Source: Hamiltosporidium tvaerminnensis FI-OER-3-3
Taxonomy: Eukaryota; Fungi; Microsporidia
Direction: 5' to 3'
DNA: 64,000 nucleotides
Assembly (NCBI GenBank): GCA_022605425.2
Contig: CM061246.1
Span: 1,860,001-1,924,000, forward strand
Part shown: positions 51,182 to 62,395 of the stretch, piece by piece
How the letters are laid out: every line of letters starts with the position of its first letter
Numbering within the stretch: the stretch's first letter is position 1
Translations under genes and position numbers: made by a program
The notes under the pieces: model-generated
Database searches by the model: none
Told to the model about the DNA's origin: nothing
What the model saw: the letters and a program-made list of their open reading frames with translations, nothing else

Positions 51182-53027
51182 TACTTTAGTCTTCCTAGCT
51201 TTTTTTAATATTATGGGTTTTTTGTATCACCAGGCCAATAATTCTTTGATTATCAGTGAGTACAGGCATGGTTTTCATACTTTTACTTGTCCAAAACCTA
51301 CAGGTTCAGTCATGATTTTTAACCTAGTATATAGAATAAATACAAACCAGCTTTTTTGGACAACTTTCACTGTTTTCTAGACCTTTACCTTTATATATCA
51401 ATTCCAACCCAACAAACTCGGCCCCGTGTGATTATATGGTACTAAGTATCCAAATAATAATTTTCAAGCTTTCCACACGTAAACCTTGCCCATAAAATAT
51501 TTTTAGTGTCTTAATTCTTTCTTATTGCTAATTTTTAGTAACAATTCTCATTTAAAGAGCCAATAATCGACTCAAAAAATTTTCTGAGTGAAAAAGTTTT
51601 ATTTTGCTTTCAAGATTGCAATTTATTTACAAAAAAGCTTAATTATTTATTTTCAAGTTATTTATATGTCTCTAAGATAAAATAATTCGCTTAAATTAAA
51701 TTAATCTGCCTATTTCTCTACTGATAAGTAAAATGTATGAATAAACTGGCCATGGATGGTTATTTAAGTCAAAAAACATCATTTCTTAAATGTTATTTTC
51801 TTAATTTCTAAAATGCAATATAATATCATGTTAATCACAAATTACAGAAGCCAACAACCATGCTCTATGAATTTGAAACAATAAACAAGACATAGAAACA
51901 AAAAGAAAATAAACCTTTTCTAAATTCTCAGGATCTTTGTGTCAATAAAAAACGAATATTTTAAATATCTAATTAACTATTTTAAAAAATAAAAACTGTA
52001 ATTTCATCAAAATTTAAGATTTAACATAAATGAAGATAGGATGTGAAATAAAATTTTATATTCGCTTTTTGCATCCTATAAGTAAAAATTAAAATGTCCA
52101 TAGTTATGTTAGACTTTTAAATATTTAGCTCATTCAAAAATTAAACTCAAATATTTACAAATATAACATCATTATGAGCAAAGATATTTTATAAATCAAA
52201 AATATTTCGTAAGCTGTTGCTCTTATAACAATCAATGAATGAAAAGAAGATACATATATCGTAAATATGATAATATATATAATTCCCATCAATATCTTAT
52301 GACAAGGGTATACCTATAGACTTTAATTTATTTAATCATTTAAAATATCTTTGGAAAATATATTTTTAGCCAAATAATATTTACTTTTGTTTTATCTTTC
52401 AAACAAATATTTGATCTCAGTACTTTAAATATTCTAAAATAAAATAAAAAAACAAACTTTTTAAAAATATTCATTTATCAAATTTATATTTAATTCTTTC
52501 TCAAAAGCAATCAAATTGTAATTTTATACACAATGAAACATTTAGAAAGAAAGATATTATAAAAATAAATCACAAATATAAATTATATTCGAATATTTCG
52601 ATGTTTGTATAAGTAAATGTAAATACCGAATAAGAATCTCCAATTTCAAAAAAATACTAATATTTTAATCCTTTGTATAATGAAGTAAAGATCATTAAAT
52701 TGTATTATAGATCATTAAATTGTATTTGATTCTACGAAAATGAAAAAAAATATTAAATAAAATAAATAGTAAATAAAAAAAATAGTAAATATATTTTTCA
52801 GACTATTTTTTACCATAAAATAATTATTACTTATTTTACTGATTGATTCTCCAAAAAAAACTTTTATTTTTTGTACAATAAATGATCTAATTTATCTTTT
52901 TGAGAATAGCATTGAATTATTAACAGTTTTAATTTATTCGTAATGTATTTCAAACCGAAAAATGAAATCAAAAAATAATTTAAGAAAAAATTACATCAAT
53001 TTTTACTTTCATCATTAAAATGTCCAA

Positions 53028-53070
53028 TTTATTTAATAAAATTCTGGGTTAACAAATTTTCTCTCATTTA
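53028..53070 (-). mobile_element. 3'-end stub of the R4/Dong-like element
   Basis: atttaataaaattctgggttaa matches the 3' terminus at 15419-15442. Confidence 0.5.
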
Positions 53071-54384
53071 ACTAAATTTCTTCCATCAATTATTCATCAT
53101 TAAAAAAATATTTATTTAAAGTAAAAAAATTATCTGTAAAACTAATAAATGAATATTTAAAGAAGAAATAATCAAATATTTCAATAGAAAATAAATATTC
53201 TAATGAATAAGTATTAAAAATCAAACAAATACTTCTTATCTTTTAAAAAATATCATCTTAGTACTTTAATTATTAATATAAAAACTTAAATATCACATAA
53301 CTTATCAGACTCATCAAATTATTTTCTTGAATTTTCTCAAATTTTTTAGATTATTATTTGATTTAAAGATATATTTTTCAATTTTATAAATATATTGTAA
53401 CTACTTGTATCGTTACTTGATTTAATTTTATATTTTATTTATATTTATTTTATAAATCTATTAAAGTAAGTTCTTCTTTTTTTGAGTCTGTAAAATAATA
53501 AGAAAAACTTTCTTTTTTTGAGTCTGTAAAATAATAAGAAAAAAAATCTTTTATTTTTGGTATCCTAATTCTTAAAAAATCTCATTTTTCAAAACTTGCA
53601 AAAAAACTGATTTAAATATAAATTTTTTAAATTATAATAACATCTAATATAAGAATTGGTATTTTTCTCAGATGTTTAGAAAAAAAAATCTTTCTATTTT
53701 TGTTATATTCCAATCTTCGTACTTTTAGAATAGTTCTATATGAATCATATATGTTTAATTAATATATATCACGTGATATAGTGATTATCTCACATTGATT
53801 TATCTAAACTGTAATCAAAGCTATTAAGAGAGAAATATTTGAGTTTCTTAAATATTGCTTTTCTTAGCCGTTTAAAAAACAAAATATCGAAAGAAGTTTC
53901 AGTGCACACTTACATCAATGTATCGTTATAATTTAATTTCTTAGACATTTAAAAAACAAAATACAAAGAAGTCTCATTCACACTTACAGCAATATATCGT
54001 TATAATTTGATTGCTTACCCATTTAAAACACCAAATATAATATAAATTCCATTGTATACCGTCCAAAAATTCATTATTAAGAATCATTGTTTTTCCTTCT
54101 TTATAGAAATCAAAAAAAATATAAATTCGATTAAATACTACTTATATCACTATAATACAAATAATTATATTTCTTTAAATCATTTAAGAATAAAATTTCT
54201 CAGAATAAATTAGAATATCATAGACTTACTAAACAGTGATTACAATTTATTTCCAAATCAAATTTTTATTAAAAAAAAAAATTAAAAATTTCCTAAACTT
54301 TTTCTATCCAAATATTTTTCCATCCAAATTTTTTTTGTACAAAATTTTTTTTCAACCGAACCCCTTCAAAACTAAGAAGTACAG

Positions 54385-57075
54385 ATGGTAGATCTCTCAA
54401 TAAAAAAAGTAGAAGAAATGATGAAAAATCAACTAAACATCCGTAATATATCGGTAATCGCACACGTAGATCACGGTAAAAGTACTTTGACTGATACTTT
54501 GGTTATCAAAGCAAAGATAGCTTCTCAAGAAAGTGGTGGTGGAAGATATATGGATACACGTGCTGATGAACAAGAAAGAGGTATTACTATCAAATCCACT
54601 GCTATTTCAATGCATTTTGAATTACCAGAATCTGTTTTGAAAGGTCATTTAAATCAAAAACATAATGGAAATGAATTTCTTATCAATTTAATAGATTCTC
54701 CCGGTCACGTGGATTTCAGTTCAGAAGTAACGGCAGCATTGAGAGTAACTGATGGTGCTATTGTTGTAGTTGACTGTGTGGATGGTATATGTGTACAAAC
54801 TGAAACTGTGTTGAGACAGGCAGTTGCAGAAAAAATCCGACCGACCGTTTGTCTCAATAAAGTCGATCGAGCTCTTTTAGAACTTCAAGAATCAAAAGCA
54901 CAACTTTATGCTCGTTTTAGAAGAAGAGTAGAAGATTTCAATGCAAAACTTCAAATGATTACACTTGGAAAAGAAGATAGCAGATTTCCAATCCATAACC
55001 TTCAACCCGAATTAAACGAATTTTCATTTTGTTCTGGTTTACAAGGGTGGGGATTTACACTCAGACAATTCGCTTCTTTCTATGCTGAAAGATTTAATGT
55101 TAAAGACAAACCAGAAGGAGAAAAGAGAATTTGTAAAATGCTCTGGGCAAATGATGTATTTTATACGGCAGAAGACCCATTCGATACAACCGGTACTTTC
55201 AAAAAACAAGGAAGCCCTGAAAAAGCACCTTTTATTGTTTTCATTTTAAATCCAATTTACACGGTAAGAGATTACTGTATGGCTGTCCAACACGAAAATT
55301 TACGTAACTTTTTGACAAAATATAATGTCACTCTTCCCACAGATCTTCCAAATGAACCAAAAACACTCTTTAAATTGGTAATGCGTACTTGGTTACCAGC
55401 TGCAGATACAATGTTGGAACAAATTATTTTACAACTTCCTTCTCCTGTTCTAAGTCAGAGTTACAGATACGATTCACTCTATGAAGGACCCGTTGATGAT
55501 ATTGTAGCTTTGGGAATAAAAAATGCGGCAGTTGATTCTTTCAAATGCTCTGATCAAATGAGTAGTGAAATGATGCAAAAATTAAATATCAAAGTAGACG
55601 CTAATAATAATGCTGTAGATGCTAATAATAATCCTATTGATGCTAATAATTATATGGTGGATGTCAACAATAATGTTGTTTCAGCTCCTTTGGCTGTTTA
55701 CATTTCAAAAATGGTTCCGTATTCTGATAACAGATTTATTGCATTTGGAAGAGTTTTTTCAGGTAAAGTAACTCCTGGTATGAAAGTCAGAGTACAGGGA
55801 CCTGATTATGTGCCAGGTTCTAAAAATGATCTTTTTATTGCAAACATTCAACGTACAGTAGTTATGATGGGTAGAACTGTCAAAGATGTAAGTATGTGTC
55901 CAGCTGGAAATATTATAGGTTTGATAGGAATTGATGACAAATTAAAGAAAACAGGAACAATTACCAACACTGATGTTGCTCATAATATTAAAGGTATGAA
56001 ATTTAGTGTAAGTCCTGTCGTAAAATACAGTGTAAGTCCTTTAAATCCTGTTGACCTTCCAAAATTGAAGGCAGGTCTCGCCAAATTAAGTAAAAGTGAT
56101 CCTTTAAGTGTTGTCAATTTCAGTGACAATGGAGAACTTACAATAGCAGGAGCAGGTGAATTACATTTAGAAGTTTGTTTAAAAGACTTGGAAGAGGATT
56201 ACGCAGGAGTAAAAATTGTATATGGTGAACCATGTGTCAGTTATTTGGAAGGAATCCGTAATAGTGTCTTAGAACCTAAAATGTGTAAAAGCAGTAACAA
56301 ACACAACAGAATTTATATGACTTGTAGTTCTTTAGACCGTGCAGTCGTAGAAAATCTTGAAAATGGAAAATTGGTGGTCCGAGATCCAAAAGAAAGAGTG
56401 GCAGCTTTTAATTCTGTGTTAGGAATTAGAGACGATTGGATTAAAAAAATTATGTTTTACGGACCGGAAGACAAAGGACCAAATCTGTTTGTTGATGCTA
56501 CTAAGGGTATTGCATATTTAAATGAAGTTAAAGAATATTTAAGAGAAGGATTTAGAGATGTGACTAGTAAAGGACCTTTGATAGAAGAAAAACTACGAGG
56601 AGTTAGATTTGAATTGACTGATATGGTTCTTCACTCAGATGCTATTCATAGAACAGGAAATCAAATTACGATGCCGGTAAGTGAAGTCTGTAGAGGACTA
56701 ATAATGGCAGCTACACCAGTTCTATACGAACCTATTTTTAGAATTGAAGTAAATGTGGCCACAGAAGCAATGAGTGAGGTAATTGCTTTACTTGCGACAA
56801 GAAGAGGTGATGCAGAAGAAGTTAAAGAAGACGGTTCATCAAGAACAAATATTTATGGAATTTTACCAGTAAAAGAAAGTTTTGGATTTAATGCTGCTTT
56901 GATGAAAGTCACACGTGGACAAGCAAGTAGTAGTTTGTGTTTCAGTCATTATGAAGTTATGCCTGGAAATCTTGCGATGGAAGGTAGTTTGATGCATGAG
57001 GTTGTTACAACAATCAGAAATAAGAAAAAGTTTGGTAAACTTAAGAGTGCTGATGAGTATTTTGATAGGCTTTGA
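54385..57075 (+). CDS. EFT2: Translation elongation factor 2
   Basis: IAHVDHGKSTLTD, DEQERGITIKS, LIDSPGHVDFSSEVTAALRVTDGA, GAGELHLE and LHSDAIHR motifs. Confidence 0.99.
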   Translation: MVDLSIKKVEEMMKNQLNIRNISVIAHVDHGKSTLTDTLVIKAKIASQESGGGRYMDTRADEQERGITIKSTAISMHFELPESVLKGHLNQKHNGNEFLINLIDSPGHVDFSSEVTAALRVTDGAIVVVDCVDGICVQTETVLRQAVAEKIRPTVCLNKVDRALLELQESKAQLYARFRRRVEDFNAKLQMITLGKEDSRFPIHNLQPELNEFSFCSGLQGWGFTLRQFASFYAERFNVKDKPEGEKRICKMLWANDVFYTAEDPFDTTGTFKKQGSPEKAPFIVFILNPIYTVRDYCMAVQHENLRNFLTKYNVTLPTDLPNEPKTLFKLVMRTWLPAADTMLEQIILQLPSPVLSQSYRYDSLYEGPVDDIVALGIKNAAVDSFKCSDQMSSEMMQKLNIKVDANNNAVDANNNPIDANNYMVDVNNNVVSAPLAVYISKMVPYSDNRFIAFGRVFSGKVTPGMKVRVQGPDYVPGSKNDLFIANIQRTVVMMGRTVKDVSMCPAGNIIGLIGIDDKLKKTGTITNTDVAHNIKGMKFSVSPVVKYSVSPLNPVDLPKLKAGLAKLSKSDPLSVVNFSDNGELTIAGAGELHLEVCLKDLEEDYAGVKIVYGEPCVSYLEGIRNSVLEPKMCKSSNKHNRIYMTCSSLDRAVVENLENGKLVVRDPKERVAAFNSVLGIRDDWIKKIMFYGPEDKGPNLFVDATKGIAYLNEVKEYLREGFRDVTSKGPLIEEKLRGVRFELTDMVLHSDAIHRTGNQITMPVSEVCRGLIMAATPVLYEPIFRIEVNVATEAMSEVIALLATRRGDAEEVKEDGSSRTNIYGILPVKESFGFNAALMKVTRGQASSSLCFSHYEVMPGNLAMEGSLMHEVVTTIRNKKKFGKLKSADEYFDRL

Positions 57076-57099
57076 GATAGGTTTATTAAAAATTTGAGG

Positions 57100-57485
57100 T
57101 TTTATTTTGTCTTTTGGATTCATTTAATTCATTTTTTTTTTGTGTTGAATAGGCTTGCCATTATTTTAATTTTTTTTATTTTGTCTTTTGGATTCATTTA
57201 ATTCATTTTTTTTGTGTTTGAATAGGCTTGTCTTACCATTATTTTAATTTATTTTTATGAATTCATTTGGATTCATTTAATTCATTTTTTTTTGTGTTTG
57301 AATAGGCTTGGATTGTCATTATTTTAATTTATTCTTATGAATTCATTTGGTTTTTAATTTTTTTTGTGTTGAATAGGTTTTCTTGCCATTATTTTTTATT
57401 TTTATGAATTCATTTGGTTTTTTTTTGTGTTGAATAGTTTTGGCTTGTCCTTATTTTACTTTATTCTTATGAATTCTTTTGGATT
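57100..57485. repeat. Degenerate tandem repeat downstream of EF-2
   Basis: About five units containing TTTTTGTGTTGAATAGG. Confidence 0.75.
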
Positions 57486-57540
57486 TTTTATATTTTTCTA
57501 AAATTCTTAACATTGTAATTCAAATTTTTCTTTTAATTTT

Positions 57541-58050
57541 CATGGAGAGAGGATAACCACATTAAAAACTATCTGCTTGCAAAAAATATGTAAAATTTGC
57601 TTTAAAAATCATTGTTTGGATTTTAAGTGGGTTTAAAACCATAGTACATCTTCTGATGTTCAATTGAAATTTATATGGGAATTGTAAAGTCTATAAAATG
57701 TTGATAATTCTTTTAAAAATTTATTTTGTAGTTTTTTATGTAATTAGATTGGAAATAACGACAGAAATTTAATCCGATTGCCATGTAAAAGCATGGAAGC
57801 GTGGTTATGCTCTTTCGGGTTAGAAGACTTAGCGCCTAGTGAATGCAAAAAAAAACAAATTTTTAAAAGCACTGGAATTCTAAGTAGCAGGTTATACATA
57901 TTGGTAAGTCATAATAATTTTAGGTGAGGTATATAAGTCTCCAATATATTTCCAAATTTATGGTTTGATTTTGGATCGGAAATTGTAAAGTAATTGGGAA
58001 TCTTGCTATTCCCTCAAAATCTAAAGGTCGCTCGATCTACGATTAGACTC
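57541..58050 (+). mobile_element. 730-bp structured element, decayed copy lacking a recognisable 3' part
   Basis: ggagagaggataaccac start; ccatgtaaaagcatgg and gggttagaagacttagcgcc conserved. Confidence 0.85.
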
Positions 58051-59107
58051 TAGACAAACACGGTAACCAACATTTGCAACTTCATAAACAGGAAATTACA
58101 TATAAATACTTTTTAAATAAAAATTTTTGTAATTTGTAGAGTCTTTAGGAAATATAAACGGAAATCAGAAGATCAGTTATTTATACTAAACCTAAAAATA
58201 TTTTAGTATCATTCAAATCGTACAACATATATCATTGCTTTTAAATATTTAATACTTCAAACGAAGATTCATTTTAATTAAAGAAATAAATCTGTAAAAA
58301 AGTATAAATTCTATTTTCTTTTTTATCTCTCATTTTGATTCGGTTTTTATATTTAAATTTATACTAAATAAGCAAGAATATTTATAAAAATAAATTTAAA
58401 CTGATTCGGTTATAAAAAGCTTTCGAAATGTTTTTAGAATTAAAATTTGATTTATAATCTTACATACGAATTGAGAACACATTATAATATTATTATATTA
58501 TGATTAAAGATATTAGACTATAATTCTGATATAATTTAATTCTTTAATACTTTTTGTTATATTCTTACAATACTAAATAAAAAAAAATATGATTTGCTAC
58601 TCGAATCAAAGGATTATATTTCGATAGCAAATAATTTATACAAAAGTTATGTTTCTGTCCTTGATTCATCCATTATCTTTCCAATTATTTCTATTTTTCT
58701 ATAAATGATAGGCATAGAATTGTAGGATGTAAAAAACGACTTTGTTTTAATCTAAGAATTAAATTTTTATATATAAAATGTCAATATATTATTCTTATTC
58801 ATATTAAGCGATGCACTTTAATTTCAGAACTGATTAATAAAAGAAATATTTCATTATATCAAGATAACCCGATACATTGTTCTATATTAACAAATAAACA
58901 GGTTTTGGTTAAATTTATCTTCAATTTTACAATGAAAAAAAATATAAATTTTACTTGTTTTCATAATTGAATATTATCTTTTCTTTTTTAAAAAAATAGA
59001 TGTAGCCAACTTAAATAAAAGTATGGTTAAACAAAATAAGAAAATTTTATTTAAAAAATTAAAGATTATAATTATTTTTAACTCTTTAATATATATTACT
59101 AGAGGTT

Positions 59108-59840
59108 TTGTGGAGGGAGGATAACCACATAAAAAACTTTCTGCTTGGCAATGAGTGTGTGAAACTGGTGTGAGATCATTGTTTGGATTTTTGGTGGGAA
59201 TAAAACCACACTACATCTTCGGTTGTTCCATGAGAGTTGTTATGAGGAGAAGAGGTCTAAGAAATGGAGAAACTTTTTCTACAAATTTATTTGTAGTTTT
59301 TTATGTAACCAGATTGCAGACCGCAGCTGAAAATGTAGGTAATTGCCATGTAAAAGCATGGAAACCTAGCCTTGCTCACTCGGGTTAGAAGACTTAGCGC
59401 CTGGGAGATATAAAACAAAAAAACCATTAAAAGCCGGGAGAGCTAAGTAGCAGGTTATACCTGTTGGTATGACATTGCACTGTCTAGGTGGACCCCATGT
59501 AAATCTCTGAAATATATCTTAGCTAGAAGTTTATTGGGTTCAGAAAGTGTAGAGTAAGTGGGAATGCTGCATAGTCTTGGGGGAGCCCAGGGGGGCTTCG
59601 GCCTTCGATCACACTCCATGCAACGGACATTAACGAACTCCGGGCAACTGCCTCGCCTAGTAATTAGGTTCTACACACCTGGTAGATGAAAGGCTTTGGG
59701 ACGTAGGTATCGCAGGGGTTACCGATGGAGTGTTGGGGTAGCAGTAATTTATGTTAAACCTAGAACTGCGTTAATGTCATAAAAACAAAATATAACACTT
59801 GCCACTGTTTTGAAAAAGATGTGATATTTTTAAATAAAGT
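59108..59840 (+). mobile_element. 730-bp structured non-autonomous retroposon, best-preserved copy with TSD
   Basis: Perfect duplication TTACTAGAGGTT at 59096-59107 and 59840-59851. No terminal inverted repeats. Several homologous copies in the window. Confidence 0.93.
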
Positions 59841-60872
59841 TACTAGAGGTTAAGCTTATAGAAACGAACTTTGTTTTACATTCATAAGTAAAAAATGCCT
59901 AAAATAATTATAAGCTTCATTATTTGAGTAATAATTCCTCATTTATCTCAATAAAAATTTTATACACTCTCCTAGTCTGTTTCTCGTATATTTTTTAGTC
60001 TTTCATATCCCATTTTTAGTAGTCTTCAGACATTTCTCAATAAAATTTAGGATTTTTTCAATTAGCATATTATTTTTCCTTAAATTTCAATTTTTCAAAG
60101 CTTCAGCTCGGTATTTAATGTTTTTTACCCTGTTCACTTTACACCTACTTTTATTAAATTCTGTTTTATTTCTCAATGAATTCTCTTTGTCTGAAAACAC
60201 TATTCCTTTAACTATATGCTGTATTATTTAATTTATTTATTGTATAAATTCCCAGATATTTTTATTAAAAATCAGTTGATTTGATCAAGTATAAAGTTCC
60301 ACGAAGCTATTCAAGCAAAATTGTTTTGTGTAATTATTATTTAGAATATAAATAAATTGCACATAAGAAAGGCAAAAAAACTTTATTTGTATCATAAAAT
60401 TTTTCATGTAGTTATAAATTCTTAGAAAAGAAATCACAAACAAGTGATGTAATAATTTTTTTTGAGATGATGAACCGTTAGAACAATTAAGAATAACAAA
60501 TTATCATGTTATTCTTAATAAATTTTAAAGTCTTAAACAATTTTACCAATGTTTATTCTAAATTTTTCTTTAAACCAATAGAAACTTTTCAATTGTTTTA
60601 TGTTCAGTTCTACTCACTATTATCGGTTGTGTAAGATTTATAAAACACATAGAAAGAGACATATCTTAATTGAAGCACGCTTATTGGTGTCATATAGTCT
60701 TTTAAACAAATAACCATTTCGAGGTGAGTCGTCGTCGGAACATTACTGAATTATATAAATGATTGTAATTTAAATGCAAGGACTTAAAAAAATCAAACTT
60801 TTTATAATTTATTATGTAGAATTTAAAAAAGTTGAAAAAAGAAAAATAGCATCAACTTTAAATCTTTAATTA

Positions 60873-61082
60873 TTATTTATCTCCTCCTCCAGCAGCTGCT
60901 TTATCACCCCCTGAATCACCTCCCCCCGAACCACCACCTCCTGCTCCACTACTTGCAGAAGTTCCCGAACCACCTTCTCTAGGATGATTAACAACATAAT
61001 ATGTTGCACCGAATCCACCTGTCAAAAATATAACAACAACGACTATAATTATTATTATAAGTAAATTTTTGCAAATCGCCAT
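60873..61082 (-). CDS. Small single-TM or signal-anchored protein with Gly-rich tail
   Basis: LLIIIIIVVVVIFL segment and a GC-rich Gly/Ser-coding tail within AT-rich DNA. Confidence 0.7.
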   Translation of the reverse strand: MAICKNLLIIIIIVVVVIFLTGGFGATYYVVNHPREGGSGTSASSGAGGGGSGGGDSGGDKAAAGGGDK

Positions 61083-61414
61083 TTATTTTAAACTTCAACT
61101 TCTTCTTTTATTTTTTTCTTCGTAAAAATAACGAGTAATCATTTGAATTATAAAGGAGACATAAATATTCTAATCAAATAGTATTTTACCTGGTTATTCA
61201 ATACCTTTCTATTCATCCTCATTTAAACAAATCTTTTTTTTATACAATTTTGAACTAGAAAATTCCTCCTTTATTCACACTTTGAAACTCCTCTATTAGG
61301 TTTGACTAAATATTATATTTTTAAAAACTTTTACATTTAAATAGAAAATTTTAAAACTTAAAAACTTAAAAATTTTAAAACTTAAAAAATTATAGTTTTA
61401 TTTACATATTTTTT

Positions 61415-61630
61415 TTATCTTCTAGTTGAATTCTTTCTCTTTTCTTCTTCCTTTGGCGCATTATTAACTACAACAACATTTGTTTTACTATCATTTTGTT
61501 TGTTTTCTGCCTGTATAAACATAGATATTGCTCCTATAATTATAAATATAAATATTGCAAAGAATATCATACAAATCCAAAAACCGATATTATGTATAAG
61601 ACTTTCGAACGTTTCGCTTATCGAGCTCAT
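61415..61630 (-). CDS. Small single-TM protein
   Basis: IGFWICMIFFAIFIFIIIGAISMFI helix followed by a charged tail. Confidence 0.65.
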   Translation of the reverse strand: MSSISETFESLIHNIGFWICMIFFAIFIFIIIGAISMFIQAENKQNDSKTNVVVVNNAPKEEEKRKNSTRR

Positions 61631-62395
61631 AATTTTTTACTGTACAAATTAAATATTTATTTAAATTAATCTTGCAAAAGATAAAAGAAAGCCAATTAGG
61701 TTTAAAAACTTATCAATCTTTAATATAAAACGAATTGTTTCAAATTTCATTATATTTTTACATTATTCTTGGTTAATTTTTAATGATAAGACTTTTTTTA
61801 GAAAAGAGAAATTAATTTATATTTGATAAATTAATTATTAGATTCATTAAATATTGGGTGTTTTTACTAATATTATATATTCTAAAATTCTGATTGATTG
61901 ATAATAAAAAAAATTGATAAAAAAAGTATTCATTGTTGATAATAATTTTTTGAAGTGATTCAAAAGGATTTTGTTTTATGTTTTTAATTGCGTTATTTTT
62001 TTGTTTGCTTTTAATAGAAATTGAAAATTATACCTAAGAAATATATAATAAGCAATAAATATTAGTTGAAACGTGAAATATGACACAAATATATCAATCT
62101 AAATTCATGGAGATATTAAAAAAGCGAGAATCTGCATCTGTAAATAAATTTAAGACAACTCGATCAAAGAAGATACTTATCCTGATGATACAATATTAAA
62201 TTACAAAATATTTGAATGCTTGTAACATCCAAAAGAGATTACCTTGAAACACAAAATAAACAAATCTGATTACATGATTTTGAAATCCGATTTTGATTTT
62301 AGATTAAGTCCATATATTGTATAAGTAAGTAAGAAATACTAAAAAAAATGAAAATTAAATCATTCAAGAATAAAATATAATTGAAAAAATTAAAT

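Noticed and set aside
59155-59388. ~75-aa ORF shared by two copies of the 730-bp element (also 27326-27544)
   Set aside because: The starts differ (one is not ATG) and the frame is broken in other copies. Recent copying explains the sharing, though a relic uORF cannot be excluded.
59300-59600. Group I intron-like words (CCGCAGC, GTTCAGA, AAGACT/AGTCTT) in the 730-bp element
   Set aside because: Order and spacing do not fit P-Q-R-S, and the putative P7 strand is not conserved between copies. No hammerhead, HDV, twister or group II domain V core was recognisable by eye.
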